Shown here: piece after piece, positions 40,151 through 50,225 of the stretch
Position numbering within the stretch: the first letter of the stretch is position 1
Layout: every line of letters begins with the position of its first letter
From: Bdellovibrionota bacterium
GTDB lineage: Bacteria > Bdellovibrionota_C > UBA2361 > JBIKWN01
DNA length: 64,000 nt
Assembly (NCBI GenBank): GCA_044356295.1
Contig: JBIKWN010000001.1
Location: 32,001 to 96,000, forward strand
Reading direction: 5' to 3'
Position numbers and translations under genes: made by a program
The notes under the pieces: model-generated
What the model saw: the letters and a program-made list of their open reading frames with translations, nothing else
Databases searched by the model: none
Told to the model about the DNA's origin: nothing

Positions 40151-41548
40151 GTGGAGTACCGATTAAACAATTGGCATCATATACCCCTCGATAAGAGGCG
40201 ATTGAGTCGTGCTGTGGAGCACGTCAATACTTTCTGGCTTCCTATTGAAACCTCAACTCATTATCAAGTACTTCGATTATTGGATGAACCAGAATCGTCT
40301 GAAATCTCTGTTAGAGACGAGGTCAAAAAAGACCCCTATCTTTATCTGTATATTTTACGTGAATTATCAGCAAAAAAAATTTGTTTTCATCGAGCTTCTA
40401 AAACCCAATTAAACGTAATACTGGAAAAAAATATTTCTCAAATTTCTACACATAATGGGGAACGGGGAGCACATTTTCAAATAATTCTAAGAAAACAACT
40501 GCAACTTGAACTGGCAACACTAACAACTCTTTCTGAGGCAGCATTGATTGACTCAAATACTTCTTATGAAGCAGGCGCTCTTAATCAGCTTGGAATAAAT
40601 TTAATTTGCTGGAACTATCCACAAATGTATCAAGAAGCAATTTCGGAAGCACGTCCTTCTTTTTCAATCGAAAAAATACTCACAAGAAAATTAGGCTTTT
40701 CACCACTCGAGCTGGCAAAGGCAGTTGTAGATGAATGGGAAATTGGTGATTTTTCTCGAGCGCTTATAAACCCTCATTATCTTCCTCTTAAGATCACTGA
40801 AGAATTCGAAGTATTCACTGAAACAGTAAAAAATCTTAAAAAGATATGCGACATTAGTACTGCATTTTCAAGGGCGCATCATCCAGAGATGTATGCATCT
40901 GCAAAAAGAGATTTTAGAAATTCATACCAAGAAATCTATAGATCGCTCGGTTCCGAAGGAATCGACAAAATTCAGAAACAATACTACTCGCTCATTGGTG
41001 AAGTTGCGCCAATTCTTAGTAGTGATTCGCTGTACAGTCAACATCCACAGATCGCATCTTTTGAACCACCACGGAAGGTCTATCAATTAAATAGAGAGCT
41101 TAAGACAAAGTTTTTTGAATTTTACGAAGAGATAAATCATGTTTCTGTACATTCATCACTAAAAAAAATTACAAAAGACATTCTTTCATCATCTCAGTTT
41201 GACGGATTAGAACTCTTAACGTTTGATCCTGTTACTAGAGCTCTTTCTTCTCAATTTTCAACAGGTGAGCTTTTTTATAGAGAACAAGAATTATATGATT
41301 CTGAAAACTCCAAACCTCTTCAAGCATTCCTTAATCCTGATCAAATAGTTCTTACAGCAGTTACCCCAGAGGAATTTGGACTCATAGAGCGGACTGCATT
41401 GTTTACTTGCTTAATAATCAATGACCGAACGATAGGCGTTCTTCATGTAGAAGGACCTTTCTTAATTCATGATATTCTCTCTGGTCAGCATAGGGATGAA
41501 CTCGTCTCTGTAAAATTAGCATTAGAGGATGCTCTTCACTTAGCCTAA
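40151..41548 (+). CDS. HDOD-domain protein with C-terminal GAF-like region
   Basis: W.P......LRLLDEPESS...V...VKKDP.L...ILR (HDOD start), EAGALNQLG in place of AGLLHDIG, LGFS..ELAKAV...W. Confidence 0.65.
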   Translation: MEYRLNNWHHIPLDKRRLSRAVEHVNTFWLPIETSTHYQVLRLLDEPESSEISVRDEVKKDPYLYLYILRELSAKKICFHRASKTQLNVILEKNISQISTHNGERGAHFQIILRKQLQLELATLTTLSEAALIDSNTSYEAGALNQLGINLICWNYPQMYQEAISEARPSFSIEKILTRKLGFSPLELAKAVVDEWEIGDFSRALINPHYLPLKITEEFEVFTETVKNLKKICDISTAFSRAHHPEMYASAKRDFRNSYQEIYRSLGSEGIDKIQKQYYSLIGEVAPILSSDSLYSQHPQIASFEPPRKVYQLNRELKTKFFEFYEEINHVSVHSSLKKITKDILSSSQFDGLELLTFDPVTRALSSQFSTGELFYREQELYDSENSKPLQAFLNPDQIVLTAVTPEEFGLIERTALFTCLIINDRTIGVLHVEGPFLIHDILSGQHRDELVSVKLALEDALHLA

Positions 41549-41586
41549 ACTATTGAAATTACTAGGTTTAATTTGAAATTTGTTGG

Positions 41587-41616
41587 TCTAACAGGCGTTT
41601 GATACACTTGTTTGAT
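41587..41616 (+). promoter_or_regulatory. Putative TetR operator upstream of the RND operon
   Basis: TCTAACAGGCGTTTGATACACTTGTTTGAT matches 52924-52953 at 22/30 positions, and both abut the start codon. Confidence 0.6.
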
Positions 41617-41617
41617 T

Positions 41618-42733
41618 ATGTCAAAAGCTCAGGTAAAAGTTCTCATCGGTTTTATAGTTATTGTAATTTTATTTGGAGGCATAAAAGGCTGCCAAATATA
41701 CAAAGCAATGCAAGCTGGCATGTTTACTCCTCCACCAGAAGCTGTAACCACTGCAACTGCACAAGATGCAGATTGGAATACGACATTTGAAGCAGTAGGT
41801 AATGTGGCTGCGGTAAGTGGAGCAACCCTTAGTTCTCAACTCGCAGGAACGGTAACTAAAGTAAATTTTGAATCAGGATCAACTGTAGAAGAAGGTGCGA
41901 CTCTTCTTGAACTTGATAACAGCGTTGAAATTGCACAATTAAAAGGAGCTCTTGCTCTTCAAGCTCGCATGAAAAAAGGTTTTGACCGTGCAGTATCACT
42001 TCGTCAAAAAAATGCTATTTCAATTGATGAATATGACAATACATCGGCTCTCTATGATCAAGCTATCAGTGCTGTTGATGCTCTCAAAGCAACTATTGCA
42101 AGGAAAAAAATCATTGCTCCTTTTTCAGGCAAAGCTGGAATTCGCATGGTAAATATCGGTGACTATGTTAAAGAAGGACAAGAGATAGTTCCGCTGTATA
42201 ACTTATCATCTATACACGTTAACTTCTCTGTTCCTCAAAACTTTATCTCTAAAGTAACAGCTGGAAGTTTAGTGACTGTCTCAGTTGATGAAAAAGCAAC
42301 TGCTTCTTTTACCGGAAAAGTCACAGCGGTCAATCCAAATGTAATGGAATCAACTCGTAACGTCAGTGTTCAAGCTACTATTGTAAATTCAGCTGATGAA
42401 CTCCTACGTCCGGGAATGTTTGCACATGTCTCGCTCTCTTTAAATGAATCAGTAAAAGGTCTAGTGATACCAATTACAAGTATTAACTATGCTCCTTACG
42501 GTGATTCTGTCTATGTTACTGAGAAAGGTGAGGGGGATACTAAAAAAGTAAGGCAACAATTTGTGAAAGTCGGTGCTAAGAAAGGAGATCAAATTCAGAT
42601 TCTTAGCGGAATTGCTGCAGGCGATGAAATAGTTACAAGTGGACTTTTTAAGTTGCGCCCTGGTGTTTCTATCTCAATTAATAACAATTTAGCCCCTGCC
42701 TCTTCTGATAACCCACAACCAAAAGACACATAA
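41618..42733 (+). CDS. RND efflux periplasmic adaptor (MexH/MexV-like)
   Basis: N-terminal TM anchor, lipoyl halves (GTVTKVNFESG..V..G..LLEL; IIAPFSGKAG), LRPGMFA. Confidence 0.93.
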   Translation: MSKAQVKVLIGFIVIVILFGGIKGCQIYKAMQAGMFTPPPEAVTTATAQDADWNTTFEAVGNVAAVSGATLSSQLAGTVTKVNFESGSTVEEGATLLELDNSVEIAQLKGALALQARMKKGFDRAVSLRQKNAISIDEYDNTSALYDQAISAVDALKATIARKKIIAPFSGKAGIRMVNIGDYVKEGQEIVPLYNLSSIHVNFSVPQNFISKVTAGSLVTVSVDEKATASFTGKVTAVNPNVMESTRNVSVQATIVNSADELLRPGMFAHVSLSLNESVKGLVIPITSINYAPYGDSVYVTEKGEGDTKKVRQQFVKVGAKKGDQIQILSGIAAGDEIVTSGLFKLRPGVSISINNNLAPASSDNPQPKDT

Positions 42734-42754
42734 TTATTCTAAAAAATAAAAACC

Positions 42755-45700
42755 ATGAGCAGTTTTACTGATATATTTATTCGACGTCCTGTTCTTGCAA
42801 CCTGTATTAACTTAATGTTGCTTATTGTTGGGATACAAGCATATTACGCACTTAATGTCCGCCAGTATCCAAAAACAGATCTTGCTATCGTAAAAGTTAC
42901 CACTGCATATATAGGAGCAAATGCAGATCTTGTACGAGGCTTTCTAACTACTCCATTAGAGCGTGTTATAGCATCAGCAGATGGCATTGATTACATGGAG
43001 TCAGAGAGTAGGCAGGGTGTTAGTACGATAACTGCACATTTGCGTCTAAACTTTGATACAAATGCAGCTCTAACCCAAATTCAAGCAAAAGTTGCGCAAG
43101 TAAGAAACGAACTTCCTCGAGAAGCAGAAGCTCCTATTATTGATGTTGAAACAAGCGATAATAGATTTGCTTCGATGTATCTTGGTTTTTCATCTCCTGA
43201 TTTGGCGCAAAATGAAATTACTGACTACTTAACCAGAGTTGTGCAACCTCAATTATCTGCAGTTGCAGGAGTTCAAAAAGCAGACATTTTAGGGGCAAGA
43301 ACTTTTGCAATGCGTATTTGGCTAAAACCAGAAAAACTTGCCGCTTATAATCTATCACCTTCTGCAGTCCAAGCAGCTCTTGAGAATAATAACTTTCTCT
43401 CTGCAATCGGATCTACAAAAGGCAATATGATTACAGTAAATCTTGTTGCTAATACTGACCTAAAATCAAAAGAAGAATTTGGAAATCTGGTTGTAAAAGA
43501 AAAAAGTTCGACACTTGTTCGGCTTTCAGATATTGCAGATATACAATTAGGTGCAGAAAATTACGATGAAGATGTTCGGTTTAGTGGTCAAACTGCCACA
43601 TTTATGGGCATCTGGGTTCTTCCAAATGCCAATAGTTTAGAAGTAATAAAAAGAGTTCGAAAAATTCTTCCTAATATTCAAGAGAAACTGCCATCAGGTA
43701 TGAAAGTTGGTATTCCTTATGACTCAACGGCATATATTGAAGATGCAATCAGTGAAGTTATTCAAACACTTCTTGAAACTATTGCTATTGTAATTGTTGT
43801 TATCTATTTATTTATTGGTTCACTTCGCTCAGTCATTGTTCCAGTTGTCGCAATTCCACTTTCACTACTTGGAGCATTACCGTTAATGCTGGCACTTGGC
43901 TTTACGATTAACCTCTTAACGCTGCTTGCAATTGTTTTAGCAGTGGGGCTCGTCGTTGATGATGCAATAGTGATGCTTGAAAACGTTGAGCGTCATGTTG
44001 AAGATGGGATGACTCCATTTGATGCTTCCATAAAAGCAGCAAGGGAGCTTGTTGGTCCTATCATCGCTATGACTATTACATTAGCTGCTGTGTATGCACC
44101 AATTGGAATTCAGGGTGGTTTAACTGGTACGTTATTTAAAGAGTTTGCATTTACATTATCAGGTGCTGTCTTTATCTCTGGATTTGTTGCTTTGACTCTT
44201 TCTCCGATGATGTCTTCAAAACTTGTAAAAGCAAATCAAAATCCAAATGCCTTAAAGAGAAAGCTTGATTCATTTTTTTACTCTCTGAAAACTACATACG
44301 AAAACAGCTTGATAAAAAGTCTTCAGTATCGATCTTCTGTCGTACTTTTGATTGGACTAATAGTACTGTTGATTGTTCCGTTCTATATGTTTTCAACAAA
44401 AGAGCTTGCCCCACGAGAAGATCAAGGAATTGTATTTTCTATTATTCAAGCACAACCAAATTCCTCTATTGAGCAAACACTAACGTATACAAAAGAAACT
44501 CAGAAAGTTTTTGAGACCTATCCTGAATATTCTCAAAGTTTTCAACTGATAAGCGCAAATTTTGGATTCTCTGGAATGCTTACTAAGCCGTGGGCACAAA
44601 GAAAACGAACTACTCAAAATTTAGAAGAGTTGATGTGGGGCCAGATGTCAGTAATTCCAGGCATTAGGGTTATCGTCACTACACCGGCTCCACTTCCTGG
44701 TGGATCGGACTTTCCAATTGAAATGGTGATCTCTTCAACTGATGAGCCAAGAAGAATATTTGAGTATACCCAGCAGATTGTTGGTGCAGCATTTGAATCT
44801 GGGCAATATATGTTTGCTGATTCTGATTTAAAGTTCGATCTTCCTCAAAGTGAAGTTGTTTTTAATCATGATAAAGTGGCAAGTCTTGGAATTAATCTTT
44901 CACAGGTCGGAAAAGATTTAGCTGTCTTACTCGGTGGAAATTATGTTAATCGATTTAATATCCAAGGAAGAAGTTATAAAGTTATTCCTCAAGCAAAAAG
45001 AGTTGATAGATTAAATCCTGAGCAATTAAACTCATACTATGTCTCTGGTCCGAATGATTCTTTAGTTCCACTGTCTACTTTTGCATCGATCCGAACGACA
45101 ACCGAGGCTCGTTCTTTAAATCGATTTCAACAGTTAAACTCAGCTAAAATTCAAGGTGCTATTATTCCAGGTGTTTCGATTGATCAAGGTCTTAAAGTCC
45201 TAGAAGACGCTGCAGCTAAAGTGCTTCCATCGAATTACATAATTGATTACGCAGGTGAATCAAGACAGCTTCGTAATGAATCGAATGCATTATTAACTAC
45301 ATTAATTTTAGCACTCATATTAATCTTTCTTGTTCTTGCTGCTCAATTTGAAAGCTTTCGAGACCCTTTTGTTATTCTTGTTGGTTCTGTTCCTTTAGCG
45401 CTCTCAGGTGCATTGATGTTTGTATTTTTTGATTTTACTTCTTTAAATATCTATTCACAGGTTGGTTTAGTGACGCTTGTAGGATTAATCTCTAAAAACG
45501 GTATTTTGATTGTTGAATTCGCAAACGTCCTTCAGGAAAATGGTAAAAATAAATTTGAAGCTGTTATTGAAGCTGCATCAACACGACTTCGTCCAATCTT
45601 GATGACAAGTGTTGCAACGGTAGCAGGGCACTTTCCACTCATCCTTGCTTCCGGGGCAGGGGCGGGGGCAAGAAACAGTATTGGCTGGGTGCTTGTTACT

Positions 45701-45826
45701 GGTATGATAATTGGAACATTCTTTACACTCTATATGGTTCCATCTCTTTATACCTATATTGCGGGGGATCACTCTCGAAGAGAGAATGAAGAAGAGTACA
45801 AAGAAAAATTACATCATGCCGCATAA
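42755..45826 (+). CDS. RND efflux transporter permease (AcrB family, MexI/MexW-like)
   Basis: FIRRPVLA, GLVVDDAIVMLENV, ALTLSPMM, KNGILIVEFA, RLRPILMT. Confidence 0.96.
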   Translation: MSSFTDIFIRRPVLATCINLMLLIVGIQAYYALNVRQYPKTDLAIVKVTTAYIGANADLVRGFLTTPLERVIASADGIDYMESESRQGVSTITAHLRLNFDTNAALTQIQAKVAQVRNELPREAEAPIIDVETSDNRFASMYLGFSSPDLAQNEITDYLTRVVQPQLSAVAGVQKADILGARTFAMRIWLKPEKLAAYNLSPSAVQAALENNNFLSAIGSTKGNMITVNLVANTDLKSKEEFGNLVVKEKSSTLVRLSDIADIQLGAENYDEDVRFSGQTATFMGIWVLPNANSLEVIKRVRKILPNIQEKLPSGMKVGIPYDSTAYIEDAISEVIQTLLETIAIVIVVIYLFIGSLRSVIVPVVAIPLSLLGALPLMLALGFTINLLTLLAIVLAVGLVVDDAIVMLENVERHVEDGMTPFDASIKAARELVGPIIAMTITLAAVYAPIGIQGGLTGTLFKEFAFTLSGAVFISGFVALTLSPMMSSKLVKANQNPNALKRKLDSFFYSLKTTYENSLIKSLQYRSSVVLLIGLIVLLIVPFYMFSTKELAPREDQGIVFSIIQAQPNSSIEQTLTYTKETQKVFETYPEYSQSFQLISANFGFSGMLTKPWAQRKRTTQNLEELMWGQMSVIPGIRVIVTTPAPLPGGSDFPIEMVISSTDEPRRIFEYTQQIVGAAFESGQYMFADSDLKFDLPQSEVVFNHDKVASLGINLSQVGKDLAVLLGGNYVNRFNIQGRSYKVIPQAKRVDRLNPEQLNSYYVSGPNDSLVPLSTFASIRTTTEARSLNRFQQLNSAKIQGAIIPGVSIDQGLKVLEDAAAKVLPSNYIIDYAGESRQLRNESNALLTTLILALILIFLVLAAQFESFRDPFVILVGSVPLALSGALMFVFFDFTSLNIYSQVGLVTLVGLISKNGILIVEFANVLQENGKNKFEAVIEAASTRLRPILMTSVATVAGHFPLILASGAGAGARNSIGWVLVTGMIIGTFFTLYMVPSLYTYIAGDHSRRENEEEYKEKLHHAA

Positions 45827-47213
45827 TTTAGTCTCTGATGAAGAGGCGCTCTTATTAATAAAGGAAGCATCCCAAGGGATTTTTACTGAAGATCTGACAT
45901 CCCAGTGGTTAAAGATCTTCGCTGCTCGTCCTCAACTAAAAAACTTTGTTAGGCAAAACGCATCCATGACTCTTGCAGAGTATGGAAAATCGCTCTTTTC
46001 TACCGAATCAAAAATTAGCAATACGTTGAAGGAGATTGTTACAAAAAAAACATCTTCTCTTTTTGGCACAGAGGCATCAGAAAAAGCTTCTAAAAGCTTA
46101 GATCTGCTTGGAAATATTGATACTTCTTCACATGGAGGAATTTTTTCAGAGGATACTCTTGTACAGAGCCATCTTGTCATAGCCTCTGGAGCTTCAAGTC
46201 ATCAGTCGTCATCACTTGTGTCACTAGCATGCGGTGTTGTGCCGATGAATAATGCGACATGGCCTCGAGGTTTTTTTCGTTTAGGTAATCGTGAGTCTCT
46301 ATTCCCTAAGTCTTTTGACCGTATTGCAGTGCATGAATGTAGTACCTTTACTAAGGAACACATTGATAAAAGACTAGATGATGCTTCCATTGACTCATGC
46401 ACCAAAGAGATTTACGAATCAATAAAAAGTATTCCTCAAATTTTTGAGCATCGTTATTTTTTTGATCAGATGACAGTTATTAATCACGAGCTTTGGAAAA
46501 GGTCTTGTTCAATTTCTGGTGTTTCTCAATTTTACCATCTTCTTCTTGAAGATATCACTGCAGAGCTTGTAATAAAGAGCATTGAATCTAAAGACGCACT
46601 ATCAAAGCTCATATTCTGTGCTGACCAAAGAGCGCACTTTATGGAACTTTTTTCGAATCTGCCTGGCACATGGAGCCTCGATAAGAAAAAAGGTACTTTC
46701 CTTTTCTGGGCATCAACAGGTGATTTTAGAGCAGCTAGTGTTTGGCCTTCAGAAAATGGCGCATCATTGGTAACCGCACAACGAACAATTCCATTTACTG
46801 AAGAAGAAATTAAAATTGCTCTAGAAAAGCGAGAACTTGTCCCTTCAGTGTTTCTCTCTCTCGTAACATTACTCCTTAATGGAGTTCGACCATCTGGTGG
46901 ATACCATCAAATTGCTTATCTTCCAGAGTACGCAAAACGTCTCGAAGCTTTTTCTGCTCACCTCGAAGAGGTTCGGTGTCCTTTATTTCTTGGGCAAATG
47001 CAAACTGCAGATCTTTTTCAGCTTGGTTACGGATTTACTTTTATCAAAGATGCAGCTTCTTCTACTGGATTTGCAGGCATTGATACTCTTATCTGTAATC
47101 CAATTTCAAAAGAAGACTTTACCGCGAAGCTTGAATCCACTTCAGTGGCAGCTTCATTACTTGGAAACTCTTCAAGACTTTTTTCAGAAATAGTCCCCAA
47201 AAATCAGCAGTAA
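45816..47213 (+). CDS. Hypothetical protein, possible BshC-like/Rossmann-fold enzyme
   Basis: Long ORF; ATG 45816 overlaps the RND 3' end; motifs DTSSHGG, PMNN..WPRG, GTFLFW, SGGYHQIAYL. Functional guess is weak. Confidence 0.6.
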   Translation: MPHNLVSDEEALLLIKEASQGIFTEDLTSQWLKIFAARPQLKNFVRQNASMTLAEYGKSLFSTESKISNTLKEIVTKKTSSLFGTEASEKASKSLDLLGNIDTSSHGGIFSEDTLVQSHLVIASGASSHQSSSLVSLACGVVPMNNATWPRGFFRLGNRESLFPKSFDRIAVHECSTFTKEHIDKRLDDASIDSCTKEIYESIKSIPQIFEHRYFFDQMTVINHELWKRSCSISGVSQFYHLLLEDITAELVIKSIESKDALSKLIFCADQRAHFMELFSNLPGTWSLDKKKGTFLFWASTGDFRAASVWPSENGASLVTAQRTIPFTEEEIKIALEKRELVPSVFLSLVTLLLNGVRPSGGYHQIAYLPEYAKRLEAFSAHLEEVRCPLFLGQMQTADLFQLGYGFTFIKDAASSTGFAGIDTLICNPISKEDFTAKLESTSVAASLLGNSSRLFSEIVPKNQQ

Positions 47214-47665
47214 CCTTCTTTTTGTAGGATACGAAGGATTCTTTTTTCGCTTCTCCTCATCTGTGCTGCTTTTGTTGCTGAAACTTTTTCATGATCAAAA
47301 CCAAGAAGATGGTGGATTCCGTGAACTATCAGTCTGGTAAGTTCCTCATTGAATGTGACTTCAAATTCTTTTACTTGTTTTTTTAAAGTATCAACAGAGA
47401 TAACGAGTTCACCAAGGGCTACCTCCCAGGGCTGTAAACGTATGCCTTCAATTTGAGAAAATGAGAGCACATCAGTCGGTTTATTTTTCAACCGATATTT
47501 TTTATTAAGTGTTTGAATCTCTTTATCATCACAAAAAAGAATTGAAACTTCACAAATTTGCTTGGGGACAATATTAGATACCGAGTCTTTTAAGATCCTC
47601 TGTACTAGTTTTTTTATCTTCAATGGACGGATCTCGATCCATGTTTTTCTTGTGATGACCGTCAC
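47204..47665 (-). CDS. ybeY: rRNA maturation endoribonuclease YbeY (start uncertain, GTG 47665 chosen)
   Basis: LNKKYRLKNKPTDVLSF, LGELVIS, HGIHHLLGFDH. Confidence 0.93.
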   Translation of the reverse strand: MTVITRKTWIEIRPLKIKKLVQRILKDSVSNIVPKQICEVSILFCDDKEIQTLNKKYRLKNKPTDVLSFSQIEGIRLQPWEVALGELVISVDTLKKQVKEFEVTFNEELTRLIVHGIHHLLGFDHEKVSATKAAQMRRSEKRILRILQKEGYC

Positions 47666-49157
47666 TGTCCAGGTCTTTAACTTTTTCTGCAGGTTCCGCA
47701 TATGCAACTCTTTGATGATATATCCCTGTTAGTACTCTCGTAAAGGATTTAGCAATACGGTGAAGCTCTTGAAGAGTTAACTGACATTCATTGAGTTGGC
47801 CTGAAGAAAATATCTTATTAATAAGCTTTTGAACCATTCCCTGTATTCTATCAGCCGTTGGGTCGCTTAAAGTACGAGCAGCTGCTTCTATAGAATCAGC
47901 TAACATAAGAATTCCTGCTTCTTTCGTTTGAGGTCTTGGCCCAGGATAGGTGTATAAACTTTTATCGACTGAATCTATCTCTTGATTATGTTCTTTCGCC
48001 TCTTTGATTGCCTTATCATAAAAATATTCAATCACTGAAGTTCCATGATGCTGAGGAATCATATCTTGAATCACTAAAGGCAGATGATGCTTCTTTGCCA
48101 TTTCAAGGCCATCTTTTACATGAGCTCTAATAATCAAAGCCGACATAGAAGGCGAAAGTTTATCATGACGATTGTCTTCACCACCCTGATTTTCTGCAAA
48201 ATAGAGCGGTTTTTTAACTTTTCCAATATCATGAAAATACGCACCAACTCTTGCGACTACTGAATTCGCACCAACTGCTTCAGCGGCACTCTCTGCCATC
48301 ATTCCCATAACCATTGAATGATTCCAAGTTCCAGGTGCTTGAACACTTAATTCTTTTAAAAGAGGATGATCAAGGGTAGCAAGTTCAATCAGCCTCATAT
48401 CAGTGACATACTCACCGAAATATTCAAACAGTGGCGTTATACCAGCAGCAAGAAACGCAGCAATTATGCCTCCAGAAAAACCTGCAATAATTCTAATTGG
48501 AATCTCTGCGTTAGAAATATCAGGGGTTAATAAAAAAGAGGTAATGGTTAACGGCATTGCAATAATACCGACATAAAATCCTGCTCTAATATAACAGGAG
48601 CGCGAACGAAATTTTACAAGACTAAGCGCTGCAACGAGTGTTGTACAAAATACATAGGGAACAAGCATTGCATCCTGTTCAAAATAAATACCTGCATAAA
48701 GAGCCGTAATGACTGAGGCAATAAATGCATACTCTATTCCGATTATCGCTTGAAGAATTAAGACACCAGTGCTCCAAGGTATCGCAAAAAGAATAGTTTC
48801 AGGTGTAATTTGAGAGATGAGATGTGATTGCTTGCTATATGTAGAGATTCCAATAGCAATAATTCTTCCAAACCAAATAATAATGACGGTACCAAATAAA
48901 ATAATACCTAGAGTGAATAAGTTTTTTCTTGTTCCTAATCGAAATGAGGGCAGGGCTCGTAGTGCAAAACGGTGAAAGATAAAACAGGTGACAATGATTG
49001 AAGATACACGTGCCAAGCTGGTTGGAATATCAATCCAACCAAATGAAGTTCCGAGAACAAGCTCAGTTAGAACGCTTAAGATAATGCTGAATAACAGACC
49101 ACTAAAAATATGAAGAGACTCTTTTTTAGTATAGTTAGGAGTTATCTCGGAGCTCAT
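47574..49157 (-). CDS. 7TM-HD phosphohydrolase (PgpH-like cyclic-di-AMP phosphodiesterase family), lacking the large extracellular domain
   Basis: Multiple TM helices then APGTWNHS, YFHDIGK, YFAENQ, QHHGT, YPGPRP, MLADS; phoH-HD-ybeY synteny. Confidence 0.9.
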   Translation of the reverse strand: MSSEITPNYTKKESLHIFSGLLFSIILSVLTELVLGTSFGWIDIPTSLARVSSIIVTCFIFHRFALRALPSFRLGTRKNLFTLGIILFGTVIIIWFGRIIAIGISTYSKQSHLISQITPETILFAIPWSTGVLILQAIIGIEYAFIASVITALYAGIYFEQDAMLVPYVFCTTLVAALSLVKFRSRSCYIRAGFYVGIIAMPLTITSFLLTPDISNAEIPIRIIAGFSGGIIAAFLAAGITPLFEYFGEYVTDMRLIELATLDHPLLKELSVQAPGTWNHSMVMGMMAESAAEAVGANSVVARVGAYFHDIGKVKKPLYFAENQGGEDNRHDKLSPSMSALIIRAHVKDGLEMAKKHHLPLVIQDMIPQHHGTSVIEYFYDKAIKEAKEHNQEIDSVDKSLYTYPGPRPQTKEAGILMLADSIEAAARTLSDPTADRIQGMVQKLINKIFSSGQLNECQLTLQELHRIAKSFTRVLTGIYHQRVAYAEPAEKVKDLDSDGHHKKNMDRDPSIEDKKTSTEDLKRLGI

Positions 49158-50121
49158 ACGCTTTCACGATTTCAGAAACAAGTGGGTGTCTTACAACATC
49201 TTCATCAGTAAAATCTACAACTGATACCGCATTGATTCTTTTAACAATATGAAGCGCATCACTTAACCCGGAAGGAATTCCGCGTGGAAGATCTATCTGC
49301 GTAGGATCTCCGGTTACGACACACTTCGACCCAAATCCAAGCCTTGTTAAGAACATCTTCATCTGAACAGGGGTGGTATTTTGAGCCTCATCTAAGATGA
49401 CAAAAGCATTTGAAAGTGTTCGACCCCTCATAAATGCAAGTGGGGCTACTTCAATCTGTCCTTTTTCTACCATCTCTTTTGCTCGCTCAGGTTCAACCAT
49501 ATCGTGCATAGCATCATAGAGAGGTCGCAAATACGGGTTTACTTTCTCTGCCATATCTCCAGGAAGAAACCCAAGTTTTTCTCCTGCTTCAACAGCTGGG
49601 CGACAAAGGACAACTCTTTTCACTTCTTTTTTCAAAAGTGCAGAAACTGCCGCAGCCATTGCAAGATAGGTTTTTCCAGTTCCGGCAGGACCTACACCAA
49701 AAATAATATCGTGCGTCTTCATTGATTCAAGATACAATTTTTGTCGAAATGTTTTAGGAACGATTGAGAATTTTCGACCTGCAATCTTTACCTGATCGCG
49801 AAAGAGATCTTCGAGGCGGAGTTTGCGATTTCCTGAAAGCATTCTTAGTGCGCGCTGAATATCAGTTTCCCAAATATTTTCACCTTTTTCAGCAAGTTCT
49901 TTCAGTTGGGTAAATAAGTCCTGAGCAAGTTCTACATCCGAATCAACACCGATGAATCGAAGTGTTTGTCCATCATGAGATATTTTTATATCCAGCTCTT
50001 TTTCAACAAACTTTCCATGCTTATCAAGATCGCCCAAAAGGCTTCTCATGACATTAGGATCTGCAAAGAATAGGGTTAACTCTTTTTGTTCTGCTCTTAA
50101 TTGTCCGTTTTTTGCTCCCAA
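49135..50121 (-). CDS. phoH: PhoH-family ATPase
   Basis: GPAGTGKTYLA, RPAVEAGEKLGFLPG, MRGRT, LDEAQN, DVVRH. Confidence 0.95.
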   Translation of the reverse strand: MGAKNGQLRAEQKELTLFFADPNVMRSLLGDLDKHGKFVEKELDIKISHDGQTLRFIGVDSDVELAQDLFTQLKELAEKGENIWETDIQRALRMLSGNRKLRLEDLFRDQVKIAGRKFSIVPKTFRQKLYLESMKTHDIIFGVGPAGTGKTYLAMAAAVSALLKKEVKRVVLCRPAVEAGEKLGFLPGDMAEKVNPYLRPLYDAMHDMVEPERAKEMVEKGQIEVAPLAFMRGRTLSNAFVILDEAQNTTPVQMKMFLTRLGFGSKCVVTGDPTQIDLPRGIPSGLSDALHIVKRINAVSVVDFTDEDVVRHPLVSEIVKAYELRDNS

Positions 50122-50225
50122 AGAATTTCCTTAAAAAATATAAATTTTGCTCTTAACTACTATTCTAACTCCAACTGAGCGTTCGTGCGAATACTAATTA
50201 TATTGATATAAAATAACTCTAATTA

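Noticed and set aside
45711..45815. TTG-started extension of the hypothetical protein
   Set aside because: Would overlap the RND gene by more than 100 nt. ATG 45816 gives a normal short overlap.
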